This document shows, piece by piece, positions 36,275-47,975 of a stretch of 64,000 nt of DNA. The notes under the pieces were generated by a model, which worked only from the letters and a program-made list of their open reading frames with translations, was not told the DNA's origin and searched no databases. Each line of letters begins with the position of its first letter. Position 1 is the stretch's first letter. The DNA comes from Tubulanus polymorphus. Lineage: Eukaryota > Animalia > Nemertea. A program made the position numbers and the translations under genes. The stretch lies in contig NC_134029.1 in assembly GCF_964204645.1 (NCBI RefSeq), positions 10,380,850-10,444,849 of the forward strand. Reading direction: 5' to 3'.

Positions 36275-37790
36275 AAGGTTTGAAGGCAAATGCTGACACG
36301 GAAGTCGACAGTAACATCTCTGGTATGTACAGAATAAACCAATAGTTCATAATGAATCAATTTTGGAAGTTTGTAAATAATAATTATGTTGAATGTCTTC
36401 GTCAATTATATTCTGTTATAGATGGTTTAATTGATAACACTGAAGTCCAGGCTGGTGACGTCATCGTGGACAACAACGCTGGTGTGTACAGAATAAAACA
36501 AAAGTTTAAGAATGAATTAATTAATTCTAAAGTTTGTAAATAATGATTATGTTGAATGTCATCGTCAATTAATTCTGTTCTAGATGGTTTAATTGATGAC
36601 ACTGAAGTCCAGGCTGGTGCCGATATCGTGGACAACAACGCTGGTGTGTACAGAATAAAACAAAAGTTTAAGAATGAATTAATTAATTCTAAAGTTTGTA
36701 AATAATGATTATGTTGAATGTCATCGTCAATTAATTCTGTTCTAGATGGTTTAATTGATGACACTGAAGTCCAGGCTGGTGACGACATCGTGGACAACAA
36801 CGCTGGTGTGTACAGAATAAAACAAAAGCTTAAGAATGAATTAATTAATTCTAAAGTTTGTAAATAATGATTATGTAGAATGTCATCGTCAATTAATTCT
36901 GTTCTAGATGGTTTAATTGATGACACTGAAGTCCAGGCTGGTGCCGATATCGTGGACAACAACGCTGGTGTGTACAGAATAAAACAAAAGTTTAAGAATG
37001 AATTAATTAATTCTAAAGTTTGTAAATAATGATTATGTTGAATGTCATCGTCAATTAATTCTGTTCTAGATGGTTTAATTGATGACACTGAAGTCCAGGC
37101 TGGTGACGACATCGTGGACAACAACGCTGGTGTGTACAGAATAAAACAGAAGTTTAAGAATGAATGAATTAATTTGGGAAGTTTGTAAATAATAATTATG
37201 TTGAATGTCTTCGTCAATTATATTCTGTTCTAGATGGTTTAATTGATGACACTGAAGTCCAGGCTGGTGACGACATCGTGGACAACAACGCTGGTGTGTA
37301 CAGAATAAAACAAGAGTTTAAGAATGAATTAATTAATTCTAAAGTTTGTAAATAATGATTATGTTGAATGTCATCGTCAATTAATTCTGTTCTAGATGGT
37401 TTAATTGATGACACTGAAGTCCAGGCTGGTGCCGATATCGTGGACAACAACGCTGGTGTGTACAGAATAAAACAAAAGTTTAAGAATGAATTAATTAATT
37501 CTAAAGTTTGTAAATAATGATTATGTTGAATGTCATCGTCAATTAATTCTGTTCTAGATGGTTTAATTGATGACACTGAAGTCCAGGCTGGTGACGACAT
37601 CGTGGACAACAACGCTGGTGTGTACAGAATAAAACAGAAGTTTAAGAATGAATGAATTAATTTGGGAAGTTTGTAAATAATAATTATGTTGAATGTCATC
37701 GTCAATTAATTCTGTTCTAGATGGTTTAATTGATGACACTGAAGTCCAGGCTGGTGACGACATCGTGGACAACAACGCTGGTGTGTACAT
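36275..37790 (+). repeat. Tandem 162-164-bp exon+intron array (nine 60-nt exons plus one diverged 48-nt exon)
   Basis: Exons at 36422, 36584, 36746, 36908, 37070, 37234, 37396, 37558, 37721; each AG|...|GTGTGT, phase 1-1, encoding DGLIDDTEVQAG(D/A)DIVDNNA. Confidence 0.9.
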
Positions 37791-38029
37791 AGAATATCGT
37801 TGGTATAATAGACAAAATTCTAAACATTTTTCCCATCTTTTAATAAATTCCCTGTCTATTTACAGAAATAATAAATATAAGTGATACGGAAGAGATAGAA
37901 ATGTCTGTACCGATCGCAAAAGAAGCAGCAGTACCTTCAGATGATACTCGTAAGAAAACAGTTTCTCACATTGTGCCCACAGTCAATGGCGATGATAATT
38001 ATCATGAATGTATGATTTCTGTCTTTCAG

Positions 38030-39175
38030 TGGTTTATACGACCTGGGAATATGGTCCGAAGGACTACTACTTTGGAAAATTGTTTACCGTAAGAGGAGTA
38101 CCGTTGTCGGATGCGACAATATTTTCATTAAAAAAAAATGAACAGCTCAATGATGAAGTAAGTATAAAGCTCTTACAATTTTTTGATTTTTTCTGGGTTG
38201 ATTAAACGTATTCCTTTTTCAGGCTGTTTTTCAAGGGCTCAATCATTTAACGTTAAAGTATTCGACGGAATCGAAAGTAAGTATGGAAAGTTTGAAGTGT
38301 ACATTCGTATGTACCAATTAAACAAATTACCGCGGTACTGCTTATTGAAAATTTCTTGAATTCATTGAAATAAACATTATGGTTTTAGACGATTGGAGTA
38401 CAGAGTAGCCATATTTTGTCGCCAATGATATTTGGTGATAGACGCCGATTGCCGGGTGCATTGGTAAGTTTGTGTAACCATGAAATAGAATAAGCTGGAA
38501 TTCTTAGGAAGTAACGTTAGAAGTATTATCCAAGGATTTATCTAATGTCATTTCATGTGACAGTTTTTAAAAAGATATTCTTATATTTCAGAGATCATTG
38601 GCAGAAAAAGAAGTATGGCTATGCCCATTGTTACATGGTGGTCACTGGACACTCATGGTACTTAATCAAATCACATAGAACTGAACATACAAGAACTTAT
38701 AATTGCTTTAAAATTCATTATATCTGCAGATCATACAGACAAATACGAAAGAGATCTTGTATCTCAATTCATTGGGCGAACTAAAAGAGGAATTGATAAC
38801 CGTTTTTAAAAACACAATCGCCATCAAGAGTGTCAAGTCAATGGGAAACTGGAGGTTGAGGACCGTCAAACACTCAAAGCAGCTAGATTCATCATCATGT
38901 GGAGTCTTTGTTCTCAAGGTATATGAAAGGACTTTATATACAGGGATATTATTGATATTAACAAGTTTAATTATGGTATACCCTGTATCTAAATAACTTG
39001 CAGGAGACCGTGTTTGTTAATCAAATAGGCCTCACACTATAATTGATTATATTCTGCGATATTCTGTAGTTTGCAGAGAGTATTTTGGCAAATGAAACCC
39101 TTGAGTTTGACAATACTAGTTCTGCGATCGATCAGTACCGATTTGAGATAGCCATGTGGCTCATGGGATCGATAG
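38030..39175 (+). CDS. Ulp1/SENP-like (peptidase C48) domain exons of the Ginger protein
   Basis: Six spliced exons: SLKKNEQLNDE|AV..., LCPLLHGGHWTLM|II..EILYLNSLG...KQLDSSSCGVFVLK|FAE..YRFEIA. Confidence 0.88.
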
Positions 39176-39258
39176 GTAAGAAAGGTGAACAGTACGCAAT
39201 AAAGATATACACATTCCTTTACCTGAAATTGAAATTACAGTGTATTTTCATTCAATAG

Positions 39259-39550
39259 CTACAGATCCTTCAAAGATGTGCTGTCTATGTTGTCATGCAA
39301 GCTCAATTCATGTTACCGATTGGGTAAGTTTCCGTTGACACTAATTGATATTATACAATTTTTCTTCTATTCGTGGTGAATGTTTAGAAATGTTCCCAGT
39401 TTATTTGATTTATCATTTTCAATCAGATTGGCTGTGATAGATGCTTTAGGTGGTTTCACCTAGCTTGCTACAACAGACAAATACCCCTGATAGGCAGCAA
39501 CATTGCAAGCAGTGTGATGTTTTTTTGCAAGTACTGCAAAGCTATTGACA
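39259..39550 (+). CDS. PHD finger exons of the Ginger protein
   Basis: CCLC...DW|IGCDRCFRWFHLAC...FFCKYC (C4HC3). Confidence 0.9.
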
Positions 39551-40756
39551 GTAAGCAAAGATCAGTCTCGCGAATATCTTTTCTATCTATTATATTAATT
39601 CTTTAATGAATATATTTGCATTCATTTTTATTCAGGCGAACAAGAAAATCAAGGAAATCCTATAGGAAATGGTGAGTTATAATGAATTGCTGTTGCATAA
39701 CAATGTATCAAACTTTGAGGAAGACTGGGAAGACTCCAATCGGTTGGCTGGCATGATTCATTTGGTCGACCTGGTTTACCCAGAATGATTCCATTTATAA
39801 CATTATATTATTATAGGAGTTATTAAAGGAGATGAAAAATCTTACGAAAGAAAATCAATGAAATTTTTTCACAGTGTACTTAGTTAAGACTAAGGAGAAA
39901 TAATTAAGTTGGTTCTAGCTCCGAGGTATCTACTCACTACACATGTCGCGCGCACAATCCTAATTTTAAAGTAAGAGTAAAAGACCAACGGAGAATGAGG
40001 ATAAATTGAATAGAAACTTTTCTTCAGGTAACCTTCCTGATGTGTCCCTCGTCCAAAATGAAAATGAGCTTCATGATGCAGAGTTCGTTACTAGTAAGTT
40101 CAATATGTCAGGATACCGGGAATGTCCATAATTTATTGCAAGATGGATTACAGATGGAGACAAACATTCGCCAAGGAATCATTATGATAGGCCTACTGTA
40201 GTAGAAAGTTAGTACTATGAAATAGAGTCGTCCTAAAGTACCCTGTTTTTCTATATTACAGATAATGAATTACCAGACATAGTTCCACCAAAACGAAGAA
40301 AAACGAGTGATTTTGAATACCACTGCATGTGACAACAAAACTGCAGGTCTGTTAATTCTGCATTTCTTAATTCTATTCAATCAGATTACTAATTTGATGT
40401 AGCGCATTTGTGACCACGAACATAATTATGTTCGTATATAACGAATTAAGTAGGAGAGGTATGGTCTTGTATATACATATATGTGTACAATTTGTAGGTA
40501 CGAAAATGCGAAAAGCTGTAAAAAAGAAGAAAAAAGAAACAGGTATACTTTTCACAGATTTGAATTTAGTTATTACATCTGTATCGGTTATTTTTGACAA
40601 TTACATTGACTTTTCTAGGCGGAAAGATGGAGTTACCGAAAAAGGAAGGAACTAGTAAACAAGAAAAAGATATAGGTAATTTGAAAATAACGACATGAAA
40701 GCTGTAACACGTCTCATTTTAGCGCTTTAACATATCAATAATGTATTATTTTTCAG

Positions 40757-41046
40757 CGCCATTTTACATGAAGGAAAGATCGACGAGAATAAAGCGATGC
40801 CAAGGCTGCCCTACGGATCTTAAATCGAGACTGGTTGTGGCTTCATATGGAAATTATCAATTCTTTGATAAAAGATCTGCCAGCAAGAGGGATTCCTGGA
40901 GAGTTGGTTATTTCCACCCTAACGCCACTTGTATTTTGAGAAAATACCCTGAATTTGATGGAAATATCTTTATGCCATCAGATGTTGTTATATCTGATGA
41001 AGAATGTATTGAAATTTTGCAAAAGGGCTTAAAACCAACGTACTAA
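40757..41046 (+). CDS. Terminal Ginger exon, CxxC...HxxxxC Zn-finger-like domain
   Basis: Acceptor TTTTTCAG; RIKRCQGC...GYFHPNATCILRKYPEF; stop at 41044-41046. Confidence 0.65.
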
Positions 41047-41244
41047 TGCTTCGTCATTTTACAAAATGTATCTTCGTAAGAATCCAAAGATTATCATAGT
41101 TGATTTTTTTATTTTGCAGTTATGAATTCTAATAATTAGTTGTGATATCATTTTGAGCTATACTATCGTCAGGTCAGGTAGTTTGACAGTAAAAAATGTC
41201 CTTTATGTTTTGATATCATTTTATCTGTCATTCTATAATGCGAT

Positions 41245-44200
41245 ACCTCTAAAACTGTCAGCTGGTACAGTATAACATCCCTTTAAAGTCATGAGTAATG
41301 GTTAATCAGAATGTATTTTATTCAAAATATCATGTTTTATTTTGGATTTTGAAGTTATTAATTGCCCTGGTTGTTTTAATATCAATCTATTAGGGGGTAG
41401 CTATAATACTGTCAGCTGGTACGGTATTACATGCATCCCCTCCTTTTAAGTCATAAGTAATGGTTAATCAGAATGTATCTTATTCAAAATATCATTAATA
41501 TCATGTTTTATTATAGATTTTGAAGTTATTAATTGCAATAGTTGTTTTAATATCAATCTGTTAGGGGGTAGCTCTAATACTGTCAGATGGTACGGTATTA
41601 CATGCATCCCCTCCTTTTAAGTCATAAGTAATGGTTAATCAGAATGTATCTTATTCAAAATATCATTAATATCATGTTTTATTATAGATTTTGAAGTTAT
41701 TAATTGCAATAGTTGTTTTAATATCGATCTGTTAGGGGGTAGCTCTAATACTGTCAGATGGTACGGTATTACATGCATCCCCTCCTTTAAAGTAATGGTT
41801 AATCAGAATGTATCTTATTCAAAATATCATTAATATCATGTTTTATTATAGATTTTGAAGTTATTAATTGCAATAGTTGTTTTAATATCAATCTGTTAGG
41901 GGGTAGCTCTAATACTGTCAGATGGTACGGTATTACATGCATCCCCTCCTTTTAAGTCATAAGTAATGGTTAATCAGAATGTATCTTATTCAAAATATCA
42001 TTAATATCATGTTTTATTATAGATTTTGAAGTTATTAATTGCAATAGTTGTTTTAATATCAATCTATTAGGGGGTAGCTCTAATACTGTCAGATGGTACG
42101 GTATTACATGCATCCCCTCCTTTTAAGTCATAAGTAATGGTTAATCAGAATGTATCTTATTCAAAATATCATTAATATCATGTTTTATTATAGATTTTGA
42201 AGTTATTAATTGCAATAGTTGTTTTAATATCAATCTGTTAGGGGGTAGCTCTAATACTGTCAGATGGTACGGTATTACATGCATCCCCTCCTTTTAAGTC
42301 ATAAGTAATGGTTAATCAGAATGTATCTTATTCAAAATATCATTAATATCATGTTTTATTATAGATTTTGAAGTTATTAATTGCAATAGTTGTTTTAATA
42401 TCAATCTGTTAGGGGGTAGCTCTAATACTGTCAGATGGTACGGTATTACATGCATCCCCTCCTTTTAAGTCATAAGTAATGGTTAATCAGAATGTATCTT
42501 ATTCAAAATATCATTGATATCATGTTTTATTATAGATTTTGAAGTTATTAATTGCAATAGTTGTTTTAATATCGATCTGTTAGGGGGTAGCTCTAATACT
42601 GTCAGATGGTACGGTATTACATGCATCCCCTCCTTTAAAGTAATGGTTAATCAGAATGTATCTTATTCAAAATTTCATTAATATCATGTTTTATTTTGGA
42701 TTATAAAGTTATTAATTGCCCTGGTTGTTTTAATATCAATCTATTAGGGGGTAGCTATAATACTGTCAGCTGGTACGGTATTACATGCATCCCCTCCTTT
42801 TAAGTCATAAGTAATGGTTAATCAGAATGTATCTTATTCAAAATATCATTAATATCATGTTTTATTATAGATTTTGAAGTTATTAATTGCAATAGTTGTT
42901 TTAATATCAATCTGTTAGGGGGTAGCTCTAATACTGTCAGATGGTACGGTATTACATGCATCCCCTCCTTTTAAGTCATAAGTAATGGTTAATCAGAATG
43001 TATCTTATTCAAAATATCATTAATATCATGTTTTATTATAGATTTTGAAGTTATTAATTGCAATAGTTGTTTTAATATCGATCTGTTAGGGGGTAGCTCT
43101 AATACTGTCAGATGGTACGGTATTACATGCATCCCCTCCTTTAAAGTAATGGTTAATCAGAATGTATCTTATTCAAAATATCATTAATATCATGTTTTAT
43201 TATAGATTTTGAAGTTATTAATTGCAATAGTTGTTTTAATATCAATCTGTTAGGGGGTAGCTCTAATACTGTCAGATGGTACGGTATTACATGCATCCCC
43301 TCCTTTTAAGTCATAAGTAATGGTTAATCAGAATGTATCTTATTCAAAATATCATTAATATCATGTTTTATTATAGATTTTGAAGTTATTAATTGCAATA
43401 GTTGTTTTAATATCAATCTATTAGGGGGTAGCTCTAATACTGTCAGATGGTACGGTATTACATGCATCCCCTCCTTTTAAGTCATAAGTAATGGTTAATC
43501 AGAATGTATCTTATTCAAAATATCATTAATATCATGTTTTATTATAGATTTTGAAGTTATTAATTGCAATAGTTGTTTTAATATCAATCTGTTAGGGGGT
43601 AGCTCTAATACTGTCAGATGGTACGGTATTACATGCATCCCCTCCTTTTAAGTCATAAGTAATGGTTAATCAGAATGTATCTTATTCAAAATATCATTAA
43701 TATCATGTTTTATTATAGATTTTGAAGTTATTAATTGCAATAGTTGTTTTAATATCAATCTGTTAGGGGGTAGCTCTAATACTGTCAGATGGTACGGTAT
43801 TACATGCATCCCCTCCTTTTAAGTCATAAGTAATGGTTAATCAGAATGTATCTTATTCAAAATATCATTGATATCATGTTTTATTATAGATTTTGAAGTT
43901 ATTAATTGCAATAGTTGTTTTAATATCGATCTGTTAGGGGGTAGCTCTAATACTGTCAGATGGTACGGTATTACATGCATCCCCTCCTTTAAAGTAATGG
44001 TTAATCAGAATGTATCTTATTCAAAATTTCATTAATATCATGTTTTATTTTGGATTATAAAGTTATTAATTGCCCTGGTTGTTTTAATATCAATCTATTA
44101 GGGGGTAGCTATAATACTGTCAGCTGGTACGGTATTACATGCATCCCCTCCTTTTAAGTCATAAGTAATGGTTAATCAGAATGTATCTTATTCAAAATAT

Positions 44201-46252
44201 CATTAATATCATGTTTTATTATAGATTTTGAAGTTATTAATTGCAATAGTTGTTTTAATATCAATCTATTAGGGGGTAGCTCTAATACTGTCAGATGGTA
44301 CGGTATTACATGCATCCCCTCCTTTTAAGTCATAAGTAATGGTTAATCAGAATGTATCTTATTCAAAATATCATTAATATCATGTTTTATTATAGATTTT
44401 GAAGTTATTAATTGCAATAGTTGTTTTAATATCGATCTGTTAGGGGGTAGCTCTAATACTGTCAGATGGTACGGTATTACATGCATCCCCTCCTTTAAAG
44501 TAATGGTTAATCAGAATGTATCTTATTCAAAATATCATTAATATCATGTTTTATTATAGATTTTGAAGTTATTAATTGCAATAGTTGTTTTAATATCAAT
44601 CTGTTAGGGGGTAGCTCTAATACTGTCAGATGGTACGGTATTACATGCATCCCCTCCTTTTAAGTCATAAGTAATGGTTAATCAGAATGTATCTTATTCA
44701 AAATATCATTAATATCATGTTTTATTATAGATTTTGAAGTTATTAATTGCAATAGTTGTTTTAATATCGATCTGTTAGGGGGTAGCTCTAATACTGTCAG
44801 ATGGTACGGTATTACATGCATCCCCTCCTTTAAAGTAATGGTTAATCAGAATGTATCTTATTCAAAATATCATTAATATCATGTTTTATTATAGATTTTG
44901 AAGTTATTAATTGCAATAGTTGTTTTAATATCAATCTGTTAGGGGGTAGCTCTAATACTGTCAGATGGTACGGTATTACTTGCATCCCCTCCTTTTAAGT
45001 CATAAGTAATGGTTAATCAGAATGTATCTTATTCAAAATATCATTAATATCATGTTTTATTATAGATTTTGAAGTTATTAATTGCAATAGTTGTTTTAAT
45101 ATCAATCTATTAGGGGGTAGCTCTAATACTGTCAGATGGTACGGTATTACATGCATCCCCTCCTTTTAAGTCATAAGTAATGGTTAATCAGAATGTATCT
45201 TATTCAAAATATCATTAATATCATGTTTTATTATAGATTTTGAAGTTATTAATTGCAATAGTTGTTTTAATATCAATCTGTTAGGGGGTAGCTCTAATAC
45301 TGTCAGATGGTACGGTATTACATGCATCCCCTCCTTTTAAGTCATAAGTAATGGTTAATCAGAATGTATCTTATTCAAAATATCATTAATATCATGTTTT
45401 ATTATAGATTTTGAAGTTATTAATTGCAATAGTTGTTTTAATATCAATCTGTTAGGGGGTAGCTCTAATACTGTCAGATGGTACGGTATTACATGCATCC
45501 CCTCCTTTTAAGTCATAAGTAATGGTTAATCAGAATTTATCTTATTCAAAATATCATTAATATCATGTTTTATTATAGATTTTGAAGTTATTAATTGCAA
45601 TAGTTGTTTTAATATCGATCTGTTAGGGGGTAGCTCTAATACTGTCAGATGGTACGGTATTACATGCATCCCCTCCTTTTAAGTAATGGTTAATCAGAAT
45701 GTATCTTATTCAAAATATCATTAATATCATGTTTTATTATAGATTTTGAAGTTATTAATTGCAATAGTTGTTTTAATATCAATCTATTAGGGGGTAGCTC
45801 AAATACTGTCAGCTGGTACGGTATTACATGCATCCCCTCCTTTTAAGTCATAAGTAATGGTTAATCAGAATGTATCTTATTCAAAATATCATTAATATCA
45901 TGTTTTATTATAGATTTTGAAGTTAATAATTGCAATAGTTGTTTTAATATCAATCTGTTAGGGGGTAGCTCTAATACTGTCAGATGGTACGGTATTACAT
46001 GCATCCCCTCCTTTTAAGTCATAAGTAATGGTTAATCAGAATGTATCTTATTCAAAATATCAGTAATATCATGTTTTATTATAGATTTTGAAGTTATTAA
46101 TTGCAATAGTTGTTTTAATATCAATCTGTTAGGGGGTAGCTCTAATACTGTCAGATGGTACGGTATTACATGCATCCCCTCCTTTTAAGTCATAAGTAAT
46201 GGTTAATCAGAATGTATCTTATTCAAAATATCATTAATATCATGTTTTATAG
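41245..46252. repeat. 171-bp satellite array (~29-30 monomers) with 1354-bp 8-mer higher-order repeat
   Basis: Monomer spacing 171 or 164 (7-bp deletion variant); diagnostic GCTATAA/GCCCTGG monomer recurs at 41400, 42754, 44108. Confidence 0.95.
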
Positions 46253-47156
46253 ATACTAGTAGATACTATCATTTATGTTATCATGTTTATATGCGTTATT
46301 CTTATGTTTTACTGGAAATGTAAATATCGTTAAATATTGAAAATAAAATATATTTTAGTATTTGAAAAAACGGAATGGTCTGATTACTTTTTAAATTTAC
46401 GGTTTTGATGCTTATAAAATGCAACTGCCGAAGCATTCATTACTGAATGCATTGTTACGTAGTATTTTTTTCATTGCGAGTGATTTTATTCAAAAACAAA
46501 CAATAAATAATTGGTAATTGTTTGATGAATCAAAGCATCAATAAATTGAATTGAATTGGTACAAAAGAAGGGGATGCCTCTAGTACGGGGATGGCTTTTA
46601 CTCGTTTGCGGTAAACAAGCAGTGGAATCCCACGCGCATGCGCAATCAGGGGGTGCCTGTAATGAGTGGGATACCACTTGTACTGTGACACCGGTGGTAG
46701 GCCTACATCAGACACTAAGATTCTTGGTGAATTGCTAACACGGATTTTTCTTAGAAAACCCCCCAAAATCCATTCATCTATCAAGGGATTCGAACTATAG
46801 TCACTAAAAGCGAGTTTGGGAGCGATACCGAAACCCTGGCAAGTGAGGATGCACAAAATCCAACTTACAAATCGGAATTTTTCTGTCGTAATCCGATCGG
46901 AATTTTTCTAAGTCGGGTCCCAACGTATCCGACTTTGGTACGCCAGTTCTACTGAGGAAAGTCTTATAGATATCACGACTGGCTGGGACGGACGCGCCAA
47001 CACGGCAGCGCACCGGGACTCGGCCATCCTTCGATCGACGTTTCACTCGAGAATTCTGCCGGCGATTGCGTGCTCTGTGCTCTCACTGGCACAGTACTTG
47101 CGGGACTTCAAAATCCAATCCAATTCAATTTCGGTCGAGTTTTTTCCGAGTTCGAA

Positions 47157-47337
47157 ATGTTGCCCGTGTCGAACCTAACGCGAATGCGAATCATTTTGAA
47201 GTGCAGACATGTCACTTCAATATCTTCCTACGATCAGTTTGTTACTTCATTCAGGAGTTATTCTGACGTTCCTGGACAAGTTAAACCCATTCGAATCGGA
47301 TGTGCATCGGGATTTTGGGGCGACACTGCTGTCAGCG
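47157..47337 (+). CDS. Exon 1 of AtuA/DUF1446 (acyclic terpene utilisation) family protein with putative mitochondrial presequence
   Basis: MLPVSNLTRMRIILKCRH...KPIRIGCASGFWGDTAVS then G|GTATGC donor; IRIGCASGFWGD is the AtuA N-terminal signature; exon 2 not seen in the window. Confidence 0.85.
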
Positions 47338-47574
47338 GTATGCATTTCACTATATCCATGTAATACTAATGTAATAGTTGAAATCTAAGTGACGGACGCC
47401 TCGTTACGTAGTCATTGATTTAAATTCAACCATTATTTAGATTAAAATAAACTTTTCTGGAGGCACCGTCAACTCCTGAGGGTGAAAGAAAATTACCCCA
47501 AATAGCCTATTGGATAAAAAGAACACAGTGGGGTAAAAGTAGTCTGAATAGGCCTACCAGTTGTTGTTACCGGT

Positions 47575-47975
47575 TCCTAGTGACTAGTCAGTAACCTGTC
47601 TGTGGTTTAGTTTCACGATCGGATATTTTCACAAACCACAGTCAGGAATCATCTTCACCCATCAAGGGATTCGAACCCACTCTGCTAAAGCCGTTCCCCG
47701 AACCCCTTGACCTCATTCGTTGGAGTCGTTACTAGCTGACCAGAATCAGGTCGGGCCAATCACAGCGCTTGTTACAAACGACATTAGGCACCTATGGAAT
47801 TTCCCGGTAAATGGACCAATCAGCGAACACGTAGCGAACGCGGAAGTATTGTTGCGTGTTGATATATGACGTCATGCGCAACAGCGCCAGTAATGAAATC
47901 ACGCTTCGTGAGACCCAGGGGGCTGGTGGAAGCGAGTTCGGGAGCGATGCCGGACCCCTGGCAAGCGAGGATGGT
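47575..47975 (-). repeat. Unclassified interspersed repeat with B-box-like motif; internally deleted copy at ~46740-46852
   Basis: Both share ATCAAGGGATTCGAAC and AAGCGAGTTYGGGAGCGATRCC..CCCTGGCAAGYGAGGATG. Confidence 0.55.

Larger units (their letters stand above)
33542..46690 (+). mobile_element. Ginger1-type DNA transposon (5' terminus not found)
   Basis: Intron-containing Gypsy-like integrase without RT or LTRs, fused to Ulp1 and PHD; candidate right terminus ...ACTGTGACA (revcomp TGTCA, fits TGTNR) followed by CCGG, a recalled Ginger1 target preference. Confidence 0.85.

Noticed and set aside
36402-37790. Long minus-strand ORFs (271 aa, 163 aa)
   Set aside because: Antisense read-through of the 162-bp array (a multiple of 3); the plus strand carries the splice signals
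36275-46252. CRISPR-like or alpha-satellite interpretation of the arrays
   Set aside because: No unique spacers or cas genes, eukaryotic context; 171 bp matches primate alpha satellite in length only
41400-46252. 171-bp satellite as a second exon array (TTTTATTATAG acceptor-like, GTACGG donor-like)
   Set aside because: Candidate exon is not frame-symmetric and lies after the stop codon
47157-47337. AtuA-like sequence as bacterial contamination
   Set aside because: Has a spliceosomal donor and targeting-like leader and is embedded in animal transposons
47660-47720. tRNA gene (GGTTCGAATCCC on minus strand)
   Set aside because: B-box only, no cloverleaf; part of a dispersed repeat
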